Virus record (IMG/VR): IMGVR_UViG_3300030372_004928
Coordinates: 1 to 64,000 of that record
Source of the DNA: a virus
Taxonomy: Duplodnaviria > Caudoviricetes
Length of the DNA: 64,000 nt
Direction: 5' to 3' (one strand)
The translations under genes and the position numbers were made by a program. Of the stretch, positions 48,201-55,400 are shown in pieces; positions within the stretch are counted from its first letter, which is position 1, and each line of letters begins with the position of its first letter. Under the pieces are notes generated by a model that saw nothing but the letters and a program-made list of their open reading frames with translations, made no database searches and was not told the DNA's origin.

Positions 48201-51200
48201 TCTGCAAGAATATAATGACTAATATTTTTATTTGCACTATCTAATTTAATTCCATCAGTGCTATATAATATTACATCAACATTAGGTCTAGCTTTTTTAA
48301 ATTGTGAAACCCAAGCAGATTTAAATAAAGGATCAGTTTGTAATTTATTTAATAACTCTTGAAAAGCAGGATTATGTTTTCTCATTAATTCCAATCTTGC
48401 ACTCATTTCATTGAAATCTAATGAACCTACCATATTCCTTTGAATGTAAGGATAAACTTTATTAAAATCTAGAAAAACAGGTAGACCTAAAAATGTATCT
48501 TTAGAATCAAAGCTTTCAGTAGTCATTATTTCTCCTTTCACAAAATTACTTACAGTATCTTTTTGTGAAGTTCCAAATATTAAAGAATCATCCCATTCTT
48601 TTTTTAATTCAGTAGATTTCTCTAAATTAACTAATTCTTTATTTACTTCAATTCCAAATTGTCTATTGACATAGTTTACAGTTTTATCATACAATTCATT
48701 ATAAATTGCATAATTATTTCTTTGGTCAAGTACTTTTTCTATATTTTGTCTTTTTTGAGATTTTCCTTCAGCTCTTTTTTCTGATTCATACTGACGTAAT
48801 TTCTTTTTAATAAATTCTCTAGGAGATTTACTAGGATTATTTGCTATATCTTCTAATGTTAAATTAGGATTTTGTTTTCTATAAGTTATTAATTCTCTAG
48901 CTAATAAATTTATAACTTCACTTTGTTCCCCTCTTGTCAGACCACCTACTGGTTTTTTATACCTAGTTAATTTCTTAGCAAATTCAACCATTTGTTCATC
49001 TGGTTTGAAATTGAATTTACCCGAATCAATATCTTCAAATAATTTATCTAATTTAGAAACATCTTTTTTAGTAAAGAAATTAACAATCAAATCTCTCAAT
49101 TTAGCAAAGAATCCTTTTACTTTTTTAGATACTTTTTTAGTTGCACCTTTTTTCAGCATATAATCCATGAAATCATCAGCCATTAATTCTTCTAAAGAAA
49201 GATTAGTTCTATTGCCGTATTTTTTTCTTCCTTCTTGATATAGTTCTTTTCTTTGTTCTTCAGTTGTATATAACCAAAAAACAACGTGAAAAGCTTCATG
49301 ATATGCTGTACCTTTTGGAGCATCAATACTTAAACGAACCATTGCTTCACTAAATAAACCCCAAGCATCTGGCCCTTTAGTTTTTATTAAGCCTACTATA
49401 TTAGTGTCTAATTCTATATTATCTCCAAAAACTTTTTTCCACCATTTTTTAACTTCTTCTATATTTTCTTTTTCTTTTACTTCTTCAACTGTTTCTGTTG
49501 CTATTTTTTTTCTTCTAAAACTAGAAGTTATACTCATTTCTACTTTACCTTCTTGATTAGTAGTTTTAACAACATCACCCCAATATCTTTCTTCAAGAAA
49601 TCTGTCTAATTCTGTAGCAATATCCCAGTTATCTACAACAACTTTTTGATTAGCAAGAAGATTATCTGCTAATCTTTGAATATCTGCATCTACTTCTGTA
49701 TCATCTGCATCTGTTTCTTCTGTATCAACTTCTTCTTCTGTATCATCTTTAGTGTCTGTTTCTGTTTTTTCTTCAAATAAAGGTTTACCTTCTTGACCAT
49801 GAAAATATAAATCATCACTAATACTTATAATTAAATGACTATTTTTTCTTTTACCTGCATTTTTATTAGTTACAGAAGGCAAAGGATAACCATTTTTATC
49901 AGTAACAATTTCTCCTTTTTCATTTTCTTTAGTAGGAGGTTTTCTTAAATATCTTAAATCAGTTAATAACATATCAGAACTTAATAAATAATTAAAATAA
50001 TTATTGTAGTCCATTTCGCCATCGTTATAAACTTCGTTATGTTTTTCTAAAGCTTTAAGATTAATATTATGCTTTTTTTGTTGTAATGCTTTTTTTATAA
50101 CATCTTCAATGATTTCTTTTCTACCTTCTAATTCTTCAGATTCTTTATTATATAAAGATAAAGTATTAGGTTTTTTCGAAACAGATTCAAAAGGTACGAT
50201 ATTTCCATCTTTATCTGTAACTTGAATATTTAAAACTTTTTTAGTTGAATCAGTTGTTTTAGGTGCTGTTATATAAATAGTTAATGTATCTCCATCACCA
50301 TAACTGAACTGCATTTTATTATCAAATATCTTAAAACTATTATCTCCTATATTATCAACTTTTGCATCTAAATTTACATTTAAAATTGTACCAAGAGTTT
50401 CTTTTAATTTTATAAAATCTTTATCCTTTTTTAAGGTACTCCATTCTGTTCCTTGAAATTCTCTTAATTTATCTGCTAATTCAAAAATTAAATTTGTAGC
50501 TCTTTGTGATATAGCTTCAGATAGTGTATTTATATCTAATGGTACAGGAATATATGTATTTAATTCTCCTGGTATTGAATTTGCACCTTTAACAAGTATA
50601 TATAATTTACCAAAATCATATTTTTCATCATGATTAAAAAATGCTCCTGTATCTGCATTTCTTGTAAATTTTTGTCCATCGTAATTAACTAATTGAGTTT
50701 CAGATGCACTTTTTGGGTCTAAATAAAATATATTATTAAGATTAATTTGAGCATTAGGAGGTAATCCTTCATTTAATTGTTCATTTAAAGATTCAAATTC
50801 TCCTACTTGAAGTAAATTACCACTTGTTTTTCTTGTGACTCTAGTACGTAAATCACTTATAACAGCTGGAGAATAATTGTGTTGTTTAAATACATTTGTT
50901 ATTTTCTTTACAGTTTGTAATTGTTTTTCTAATAAGTAAATATGTGAAATAAAAGGTTTATTTATTTCATTACCTTCTAATTCATCTATTCTCCATTGAA
51001 TTAGTTTTCTTTGTGCTTCAGTTACTTTAGGTTCTTCAAGTCCTTTGTTTAATCTATCAATGTCTGTTATTTCATTAATTTGTTTTGCAAAATTTAAATC
51101 CTTTTGTATAGATTTAACAGAATTTAAAGAACCTAAAACAACCTCTTCTCTAACACCAGAACCTTGTGGACTTATATACTTAATCATTATTCTATAATCT

Positions 51201-54200
51201 CCACCTTTTATTTCATAAACAAAAAACCTTAATTCTGTATCAACTCCAATGTCAGGACTTAATAACCACTTTAATTGTTTTTCTAATTTGTCTTGAGTCA
51301 TTTTTGGTGTAAAGCCGTATAATCTTTTCATTTCAGCTTTATAATGATTAACATCTATAACTCCATCGGGTGTAATACCTATTAAACTATTAATCCAAAT
51401 ATTATTAGAATTCAGTACATTTTCTCCACCATAAATACTATCAAAAAATTCTTCTGCAGTTTCTTCTCTATTTTCTGGTTTAAGGTTGTTATCCTTTATA
51501 TATTTTTCAACATCTTTTACTAAGACATTACCATTTTTACCTGTAGGTGTAATTAAATTTTCATCTATATTATATCCTTGACCTTTTAATGTATCTATTA
51601 AATTTTTGGCAGATTGTGTTGGAGTAAAGTTAGGTGCAGTATTTTTAACAGCTGCAGCTTGATTAGAGATAAACCAATCTTTTAATACATTTAATTTATT
51701 TTTAATAAGTAATTCTTTAATAGCATTAGCTACTTCATTTTGAGTAGTATAAATAGCATTAAAGAATATACTATCAGCCAGTAGATAGGAAATTAACTCT
51801 TCGGGATAACCTGTAGGATTTTTAGATTCTTTTCTTAATAAATCTATAATAGATTGAACATGTGCTTTATTTTCTAAACTAGTATCAGCATCTTGTAATA
51901 ATGCTATAATTTCTCTTAATTCTTTATTAAATTCTTCTCTACTTTCAGGTATAGTATCTCCTTCAAAATAAGGAATTGCTTTATGTAATTCTATATGAAT
52001 TAATTCATGTTCTAATAATTCAACTAAAGCAGCATAAGGTTTATTTTTAGTTAAATAAGAAGCTAAAATTACAATTTCTTTATTAACAGCATCAAAAGCA
52101 GCAGGATTCTTTTTTGATACAAGTTTAGAATCTTTAGCTAAAGTTATATTTAACTTATAACCCGATGAATGTAATAATCTTGCTAACTCTTTTGTTCTTT
52201 TATTTACTCCTGTAATAGTTACAAGAGCTTCCATTAAGCTTGTAACTTCCTTAATATCTGGAAATACATCTTTTATTTTTAAATCAGTATAGTGAGGAGA
52301 TTCTTCAGTTATTTCAGTAATTCTGCCTAATTCTGCTGCTTCTTGAACTCTTTGAAAAGGTAAATATAAATTTACACCTGCTCGTTCAATTACAACAAAT
52401 TTATCCCCATTAGCATTTTCATATATTTCTATTATTTCAACAACCTCATTATTTGAATCTTTATATTTTGCTCCTACTTTAATATAACCTAATTCTGTAT
52501 AGGTTTGAGTAGTAATAAGATTATTTAATAGAAAAATTTTATTATTTAATAACTGTACTGTATTAGGGTATTCTTTTTGTGCTTCTTTTAATTTTTGTAA
52601 TTGTGCAATTTTTTCTTCAATATCAAGTTTTGTATTCTTTAAAATTTTATTTATTCTATTTATAAAATTTCTAAAAACATTTTTTTGTTCTTTAGCTATA
52701 GCAAGTTCAGCATCTTTCGTTAAAGCTACTTGTTCTAATAATTCTGCAGGAGTTTTAGAAGAATCTTCTATAGTTTTATTATAAGATACAGTATCATCTT
52801 CTGGATCACTATCATCATCTTGTTCATCCTCTTCAAGCAATTCTTTTGTTTCTATACTTTTTTTAATTGCTTCAATTTGATTTTCTAAATACTTGTATGT
52901 TTTAGAATCTTTTTCTTTAGTTTCTAATTCTGATTCTAAATAAGCTAACGCTCCTTGTAAATCATTCTTTTTAACAAGTTTATCTACTTCAGCTTTTACC
53001 TCAGTTTCATAAGCATTTAATTCTATAAGTTCTTCAGCTTCTTTTACTAAATTATTAAATTTAGTTCTAGTATCATGTAATTTTTGTGCTCCTTTATCTG
53101 TTAAGAATTCTTCAGATTGTGCTTTTATTTGATATAAATCAACTTCACTTTCAACCATTTTATCAAAATGTTCCTCAAGTGTTTTAACTAAAGTATCATC
53201 TTTTGACGCTTTAGTTAATTTTTTCGCAATAGCTTTATTTGATTTAGATTGTTCTGAATTTGAATCTTTAAATTCAGGATATAATGCATCTATTTCTTCT
53301 ACTTTCTCTAAAGCAAAATCTAACCCTCTTTGTGCATTTTCTTCTTTATATTTATTGTTTCCTTTTTTTGCTTGTTCTTTTATTTTTTTTAATCTTTCAA
53401 TCATACTTAAATATGCATTTCTTTCCCAAAAACTTTTAAGAGAAGGATTTGCTGCAAGTACTTTATCTACAAAAACATTATTACTTAAATCTGCCCAATT
53501 TAATTCTCCCTTAGCAATATCATCTAAAATTTTAGTTATTGAACCGTCATTACTTACAAGTTCTTTTAAAATTGTTGCTTTTGTATCTTCAGAGTTATCT
53601 CCATCAATATCTAAATTCATTACTCTTCCGTAATGTTTATTAAAAGATTTTTCTGCAGCTAATACTTCTTCTTTTGTTTTAGCAATAGCTTTATCAATGC
53701 TGCCCATCCCTTGTTCCTTAATTTCTTCAGTAGTCATACTATTGAGAATATCTTGCTTAAATTGCCCATTCTCTAATTGCTCTAAAAGAACATTTGTAGA
53801 ACGATTAGCTGCTGCAAAAAATCCCATACTTGTACCCATTTGATTTTTCTTAGCATTAATTAAAATTTCTCCTTCTTCTTTAGTCATCTCTCCATCAGCT
53901 ATTTTAGTTTGTACATCTTTTAGAAATTTAACATATTTAGTTGTTTCTTTTTCTCTATAAGCAATAGTCTCTAATTGTGCTTTTGCTGTATCTTTAGCAT
54001 CACTTCCTGTAAAAGCAGTATTAATTCCTTCAAATGCAATACCTCCTAATGCTCCCCAAAAAGCTACTTCACTTAAATGAGGGTCTTGTAAATATTCTCC
54101 TAATCTTTGACTAAATGTACTATCATCTTCTCCTAATAATTGTTTAGCTAAAACATGACCTTCTTTTTCCCCAATAAAGTTTATCATCTCCTCTAAACCT

Positions 54201-55363
54201 TCTGTACTTTGTCTTGCCAAAACACCTGCTGCATTTGATACTTTTGTAAATTTTGAATTAGCTATATCATCTAATTTCTGTTGTGCTTGTTTTTGTGCTT
54301 CAGCTGATAATCCTGTTTTTCTTTTATCTGCTAATTTTGATTTTACTTTTCCAGATTTTACTTTACTTCTTGTAATTCCTGTACCTTTTAATAAAGCACC
54401 TGCTTGAATAAAATCAAATATTATATTTGAAAAGTTAACATTATATGACCTCCATCCTGCTCTACTAGCTATATGTTCAGCAAGATTTTTTTTAGTTACT
54501 TCAAGACCTCTTTCTCTTAATTCATCTGCTGCTTCTGATTCTTGTGCTTCTGCCCACTTTTCTTCATCTTGAAATGTTTGTGATAATTCTTGATTAACAT
54601 CATTTACTACACCAAATGATTCTCTAGTATTTTCAGCATGTCGCATTACAAGAGCACTCACACCTGCTTTTGTAATATTCTTACCAATTTGCCCCATATT
54701 AGCACCTGTTTGAAGAAAATTACCCAATTTCCCTCCTGTAGATTTACCTAATTTAGTAGAAATTTTATTTAACCAAGACATACCAGACATAGTTGCTTTA
54801 GCAGGTACTAACATACTTGCTGCACTTGCTACTGATACAGCATTTGAAGCCCACCAACCAAAATCTCCTACATCCCAAGCTTGATTTGGATTTTCTCTAT
54901 AAATAGGAGTAGCATCTCTTGTCCATTCTATTAAATCATTTCCTAAAGAAATAACTCCATTATTGAAATCACTTGTTTCTCCTGCAGCTTTTTCGTAAAT
55001 AAGAGTAGGAATTTCAAATATAGAACCTATAGCACTTATTGTACCTCCTACTACTTCCCCTAAAAGAGCTTGATTAGCAAATGCACCTACTTGTTCTTGC
55101 CACGATTGATTTACTGCTCTAGCTTTTCTTAACTTTTCTTCTCCTTGTTCAAGTCTAACTTGATTCATATAATCTCCATACTCACTGACATTAATATCTG
55201 AAACAATAGTCTCTGCTAATTGTAATTTAGGTTGTTTATCAGGGTCTTTTATTTTATCCCAATTTTTTAATCCACCTGTATCTTCTTGTTTTTCTTCTAC
55301 AGGATTAGTATTATTTTTTGATTTTTCTAATTCTTCAGGAGAAACTAAATCGTGATGTGACAT
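39260..55363 (-). CDS. 5367-aa virion RNA polymerase polyprotein (double-psi beta-barrel type)
   Basis: YRIPSEQ and catalytic GFDFDVDK (44943-44965), matching the DFDxD motif of crAss-like vRNAPs. Extra HExxH, E3-binding-like, duplicated and AlkB-like domains. Confidence 0.85.
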   Translation of the reverse strand: MSHHDLVSPEELEKSKNNTNPVEEKQEDTGGLKNWDKIKDPDKQPKLQLAETIVSDINVSEYGDYMNQVRLEQGEEKLRKARAVNQSWQEQVGAFANQALLGEVVGGTISAIGSIFEIPTLIYEKAAGETSDFNNGVISLGNDLIEWTRDATPIYRENPNQAWDVGDFGWWASNAVSVASAASMLVPAKATMSGMSWLNKISTKLGKSTGGKLGNFLQTGANMGQIGKNITKAGVSALVMRHAENTRESFGVVNDVNQELSQTFQDEEKWAEAQESEAADELRERGLEVTKKNLAEHIASRAGWRSYNVNFSNIIFDFIQAGALLKGTGITRSKVKSGKVKSKLADKRKTGLSAEAQKQAQQKLDDIANSKFTKVSNAAGVLARQSTEGLEEMINFIGEKEGHVLAKQLLGEDDSTFSQRLGEYLQDPHLSEVAFWGALGGIAFEGINTAFTGSDAKDTAKAQLETIAYREKETTKYVKFLKDVQTKIADGEMTKEEGEILINAKKNQMGTSMGFFAAANRSTNVLLEQLENGQFKQDILNSMTTEEIKEQGMGSIDKAIAKTKEEVLAAEKSFNKHYGRVMNLDIDGDNSEDTKATILKELVSNDGSITKILDDIAKGELNWADLSNNVFVDKVLAANPSLKSFWERNAYLSMIERLKKIKEQAKKGNNKYKEENAQRGLDFALEKVEEIDALYPEFKDSNSEQSKSNKAIAKKLTKASKDDTLVKTLEEHFDKMVESEVDLYQIKAQSEEFLTDKGAQKLHDTRTKFNNLVKEAEELIELNAYETEVKAEVDKLVKKNDLQGALAYLESELETKEKDSKTYKYLENQIEAIKKSIETKELLEEDEQDDDSDPEDDTVSYNKTIEDSSKTPAELLEQVALTKDAELAIAKEQKNVFRNFINRINKILKNTKLDIEEKIAQLQKLKEAQKEYPNTVQLLNNKIFLLNNLITTQTYTELGYIKVGAKYKDSNNEVVEIIEIYENANGDKFVVIERAGVNLYLPFQRVQEAAELGRITEITEESPHYTDLKIKDVFPDIKEVTSLMEALVTITGVNKRTKELARLLHSSGYKLNITLAKDSKLVSKKNPAAFDAVNKEIVILASYLTKNKPYAALVELLEHELIHIELHKAIPYFEGDTIPESREEFNKELREIIALLQDADTSLENKAHVQSIIDLLRKESKNPTGYPEELISYLLADSIFFNAIYTTQNEVANAIKELLIKNKLNVLKDWFISNQAAAVKNTAPNFTPTQSAKNLIDTLKGQGYNIDENLITPTGKNGNVLVKDVEKYIKDNNLKPENREETAEEFFDSIYGGENVLNSNNIWINSLIGITPDGVIDVNHYKAEMKRLYGFTPKMTQDKLEKQLKWLLSPDIGVDTELRFFVYEIKGGDYRIMIKYISPQGSGVREEVVLGSLNSVKSIQKDLNFAKQINEITDIDRLNKGLEEPKVTEAQRKLIQWRIDELEGNEINKPFISHIYLLEKQLQTVKKITNVFKQHNYSPAVISDLRTRVTRKTSGNLLQVGEFESLNEQLNEGLPPNAQINLNNIFYLDPKSASETQLVNYDGQKFTRNADTGAFFNHDEKYDFGKLYILVKGANSIPGELNTYIPVPLDINTLSEAISQRATNLIFELADKLREFQGTEWSTLKKDKDFIKLKETLGTILNVNLDAKVDNIGDNSFKIFDNKMQFSYGDGDTLTIYITAPKTTDSTKKVLNIQVTDKDGNIVPFESVSKKPNTLSLYNKESEELEGRKEIIEDVIKKALQQKKHNINLKALEKHNEVYNDGEMDYNNYFNYLLSSDMLLTDLRYLRKPPTKENEKGEIVTDKNGYPLPSVTNKNAGKRKNSHLIISISDDLYFHGQEGKPLFEEKTETDTKDDTEEEVDTEETDADDTEVDADIQRLADNLLANQKVVVDNWDIATELDRFLEERYWGDVVKTTNQEGKVEMSITSSFRRKKIATETVEEVKEKENIEEVKKWWKKVFGDNIELDTNIVGLIKTKGPDAWGLFSEAMVRLSIDAPKGTAYHEAFHVVFWLYTTEEQRKELYQEGRKKYGNRTNLSLEELMADDFMDYMLKKGATKKVSKKVKGFFAKLRDLIVNFFTKKDVSKLDKLFEDIDSGKFNFKPDEQMVEFAKKLTRYKKPVGGLTRGEQSEVINLLARELITYRKQNPNLTLEDIANNPSKSPREFIKKKLRQYESEKRAEGKSQKRQNIEKVLDQRNNYAIYNELYDKTVNYVNRQFGIEVNKELVNLEKSTELKKEWDDSLIFGTSQKDTVSNFVKGEIMTTESFDSKDTFLGLPVFLDFNKVYPYIQRNMVGSLDFNEMSARLELMRKHNPAFQELLNKLQTDPLFKSAWVSQFKKARPNVDVILYSTDGIKLDSANKNISHYILAEKWQSNINSKLNSGELTLDKLEKILYDYIKIIQSKKNGLYNSKSWRNNDKVVEATEKAFNALGIPLTKEMIEKVLSNPVGLRNNKSKVDFYNNVFKSNLEFIIRPILSQLKNKNIELNTLEAQKEKLTEKDYLERKEKIEEILIEEQSINRLNDVAEQVNVFQYDLIESSYFDVNGNNVYGTVNPSFLSEFFGLVEAASNPMYHTSSKAKEQLLQLLQQYAQDPAMQYSNWLFPIDNQFKTTELIDEFLKNWRYSRQGGVKNTQTKEGYQYRDMPDKAWQMTQVLMYLEGYKNGFSKISMPIPSDSGNIHFINSPIFEGVQNGTVPRYIKNEHDQVIENPLFIAIKNTVSQEMQRMKAARDLLFIVDKKKGTFKPKEHKFRGDPEFDGDIHLDYTKLEENYYWKELEYSKEAGILLPKLLNEKGEPTGDVFKFQNIPSINQIDKLFIDGMYFADVYKSQNAIQQINNSVYEKINEFIAQQIQRGKEVYGHTEKVYTQSVRFNDYATKDDNGFDNFIAEFMLNNYISNVEQFNYIVGNQAEFGTKKEELYPSKNVNKRAKGPHSPGNAGANNYTGEFYTAATLKDIELKSENYENIVENVAKSLQKSQPNKYGNQTVDINKVNKTKPNYTKMNALEIAVHKITKGYLETNVADGQGYITIARAENILKDYGRWNSTYERLFDKVKKGQPLKRNELELFIQPFKGFYYGREFNPNLKRHVSTQVKYSTIVLIPQLIKNTQLETISNWMEKNEIDEVQFESAEKTGKEYAMDVTDANGNLVEDKLNQFTLEKGYVFKEYKQSNWKLQLDVPDHMMDSKNKLGTQIAKIIIGNLPKGNVYNVAGTEYTRDEYIKHYMDVMIQNIVEDGATLREDIGVEIDENNEFVITDYSKLSDILINEVNRKLLAENYLEAIELDAEGNFNLPLFMSNMTKKWQAILTSLFTDRVVNQKVPGGSGVLLSSVFLNAEVKGDEDFKDDGGIIWHDDVKKRKNSKLQMSTSKDGKVVTAEALLPAWSKQFYVKNEKGEYVLDDINNIPEELRTMISYRIPSEQDYMFTVFKVVGFLPVESGSTIVLPQEYVTAKGFDFDVDKEYIMYHSFTTTDIDGKRTYQKNDYYEKGEEGFTAWLESRAAKKLLENLKDNPDQEAKKLNTQVKRFNTTQQNLHEVKQETAEDTTRQLQAIFDVFNEGAQTNFTEIDELFNYLEVQKERAKATIEYVQNQYGLQHWGRNTKEDLRLRSIQANAFALEKSVKETKNFIISRLKDVKEYNTYVEEVKKKEKQALNNRKKYQALLGAKNLETLRKEYDKLSEAQANTRKARDNRILDIFKAKLLHPDHFSGVVTSQSFEDAADVIDEINTLLGKEVEHLNPATAYAQLEYRKQNISGIALKGMAANSNTFLSVAQVVEMFLADELAFHTNYRTTPLTKEEIKENEKLMKEGKLNRVTKVYSEKELKEKYGEENVETLNKKSRPGVRNIQAETTEDLDKQTVFTLEPFVSKDKRDTKTPLMATVSTKFVGFGSAGNNNTRFYQDQIKDKSVVNSGNYTKDDVVLVSYSRNFREGLKKTKAELKKVLQSGAAIITDNIGTLNSAGSYTPKKALRDFLDSEGAVYTETVIDGQTFGLWRKEAELGDVITEEVAKIDSAKNVFTVTPIKKADKKAKAKAKIATQYIGFAEGIKDSSTAHYAEEAGEYANTGNYGDNDVIFVSIGGKRGAADLRKTQQDKTIREAIKALEAGATIIADNKDYIDDSDYNEGEKRLYKNLEAKGYNYSEITVDGNVLGVWSKSEQVAEQVTDEIKQPSKIKTEKIIDGVEVKRNALTEAEQIELFEMLKPILERQGAVTNKGKDANVMIGLGLRWDYKDNNPNKEPIDLGTILDRGMDGTRSKFGYFDKSINGEPLEPVNDRLKELMTKATGVDASDYDGAIINLYSENHFIHSHQDVSEASDTIGYPVLVVNIGGSGNFSIERVGKGVTELNAGDGYVFGIKGKNRKVWHRTAPNKVDGFLPEITTEIDGKTYPKGSYRISITMRRVKPIKDTGLPSMPKMAKPAKPKPKPQKDYVTVKHKNLGWNNDGTFTNVNGDNTMIHASQVLAMTLDIVKEGLPPNVNTYTFNTFITMLNTGMDIRYTSMFIRQPILNDLSELFFETQGFTEDENLGKEIEAIKNRYITELYKIARNPKNNFLRNVKDYVKILTIDGKEFAVIEPFDSQISNGEDINPDTTELKDLFNIDTSESFAFDVDTLKNHIKNSVSSNYNNLTPIEKARYLQDQIKILEMFKRYKKAGEGYDDMIKATASDRTDVGPSLTRPEMLNKSIQKATYYMKFSQLRNLKVDGETRVEFNGEIMTANELLRRKRAEETTAEEKRTIREDTVIRVESDARVFAKVNGETVPATIAVYGEDSKYPVLKAYKEEAFDAATEILSPLFIQHSVAFRKFIQVFTNDTGIHFNPKNADKLSQYILTYLQNEFEFFSENYENNNTKQRILGAENLEVKTDINISIEDFNKLSTANKLQIMQNKLKDKLQNDTHILNYLTHKLGEKDVKKNSMHFIEFQNTKTDSLLDDTIIDSFLEMWNSNDEFEKSLAQDLVKYSFFTTGLTMNKNSFSKLIPTEVFKEIGLDKFLYDLKEKSKMDNFLLDRYEDIKDKFIRSNWFNTDIVPRVYTKRELGEKGTINGTPDWKTIIMGATKEFIEVTTSEYQNEDLRVVQSDYIVGTKTLLINNESIKQEDILYKKYIEKDGSTYFYPVDKLGSINITESSEKSFIKENQVSRSQNDFEIAIQGNNEFGLNDLNANFMTYNNLELENINAPDKIMYTTATGFIGSEIGKNATEEIVSTDLKLLTKSFGELANKSEFTDNDKIMVTFPTIMGYTTAKTVDDSIFNEEGKFKNTSVYGKIYSVLRANGVVMIKAQKNEDGTTSPTFGSGNIATVKALQNLQTYLKVNKGGNTGLYEKIENGIHYFSKKPFNSDILTNEENKATKPLINRKGKNC

Positions 55364-55400
55364 AAATGTATATTTTAAAAATTATTTTTTAATTAGATTA

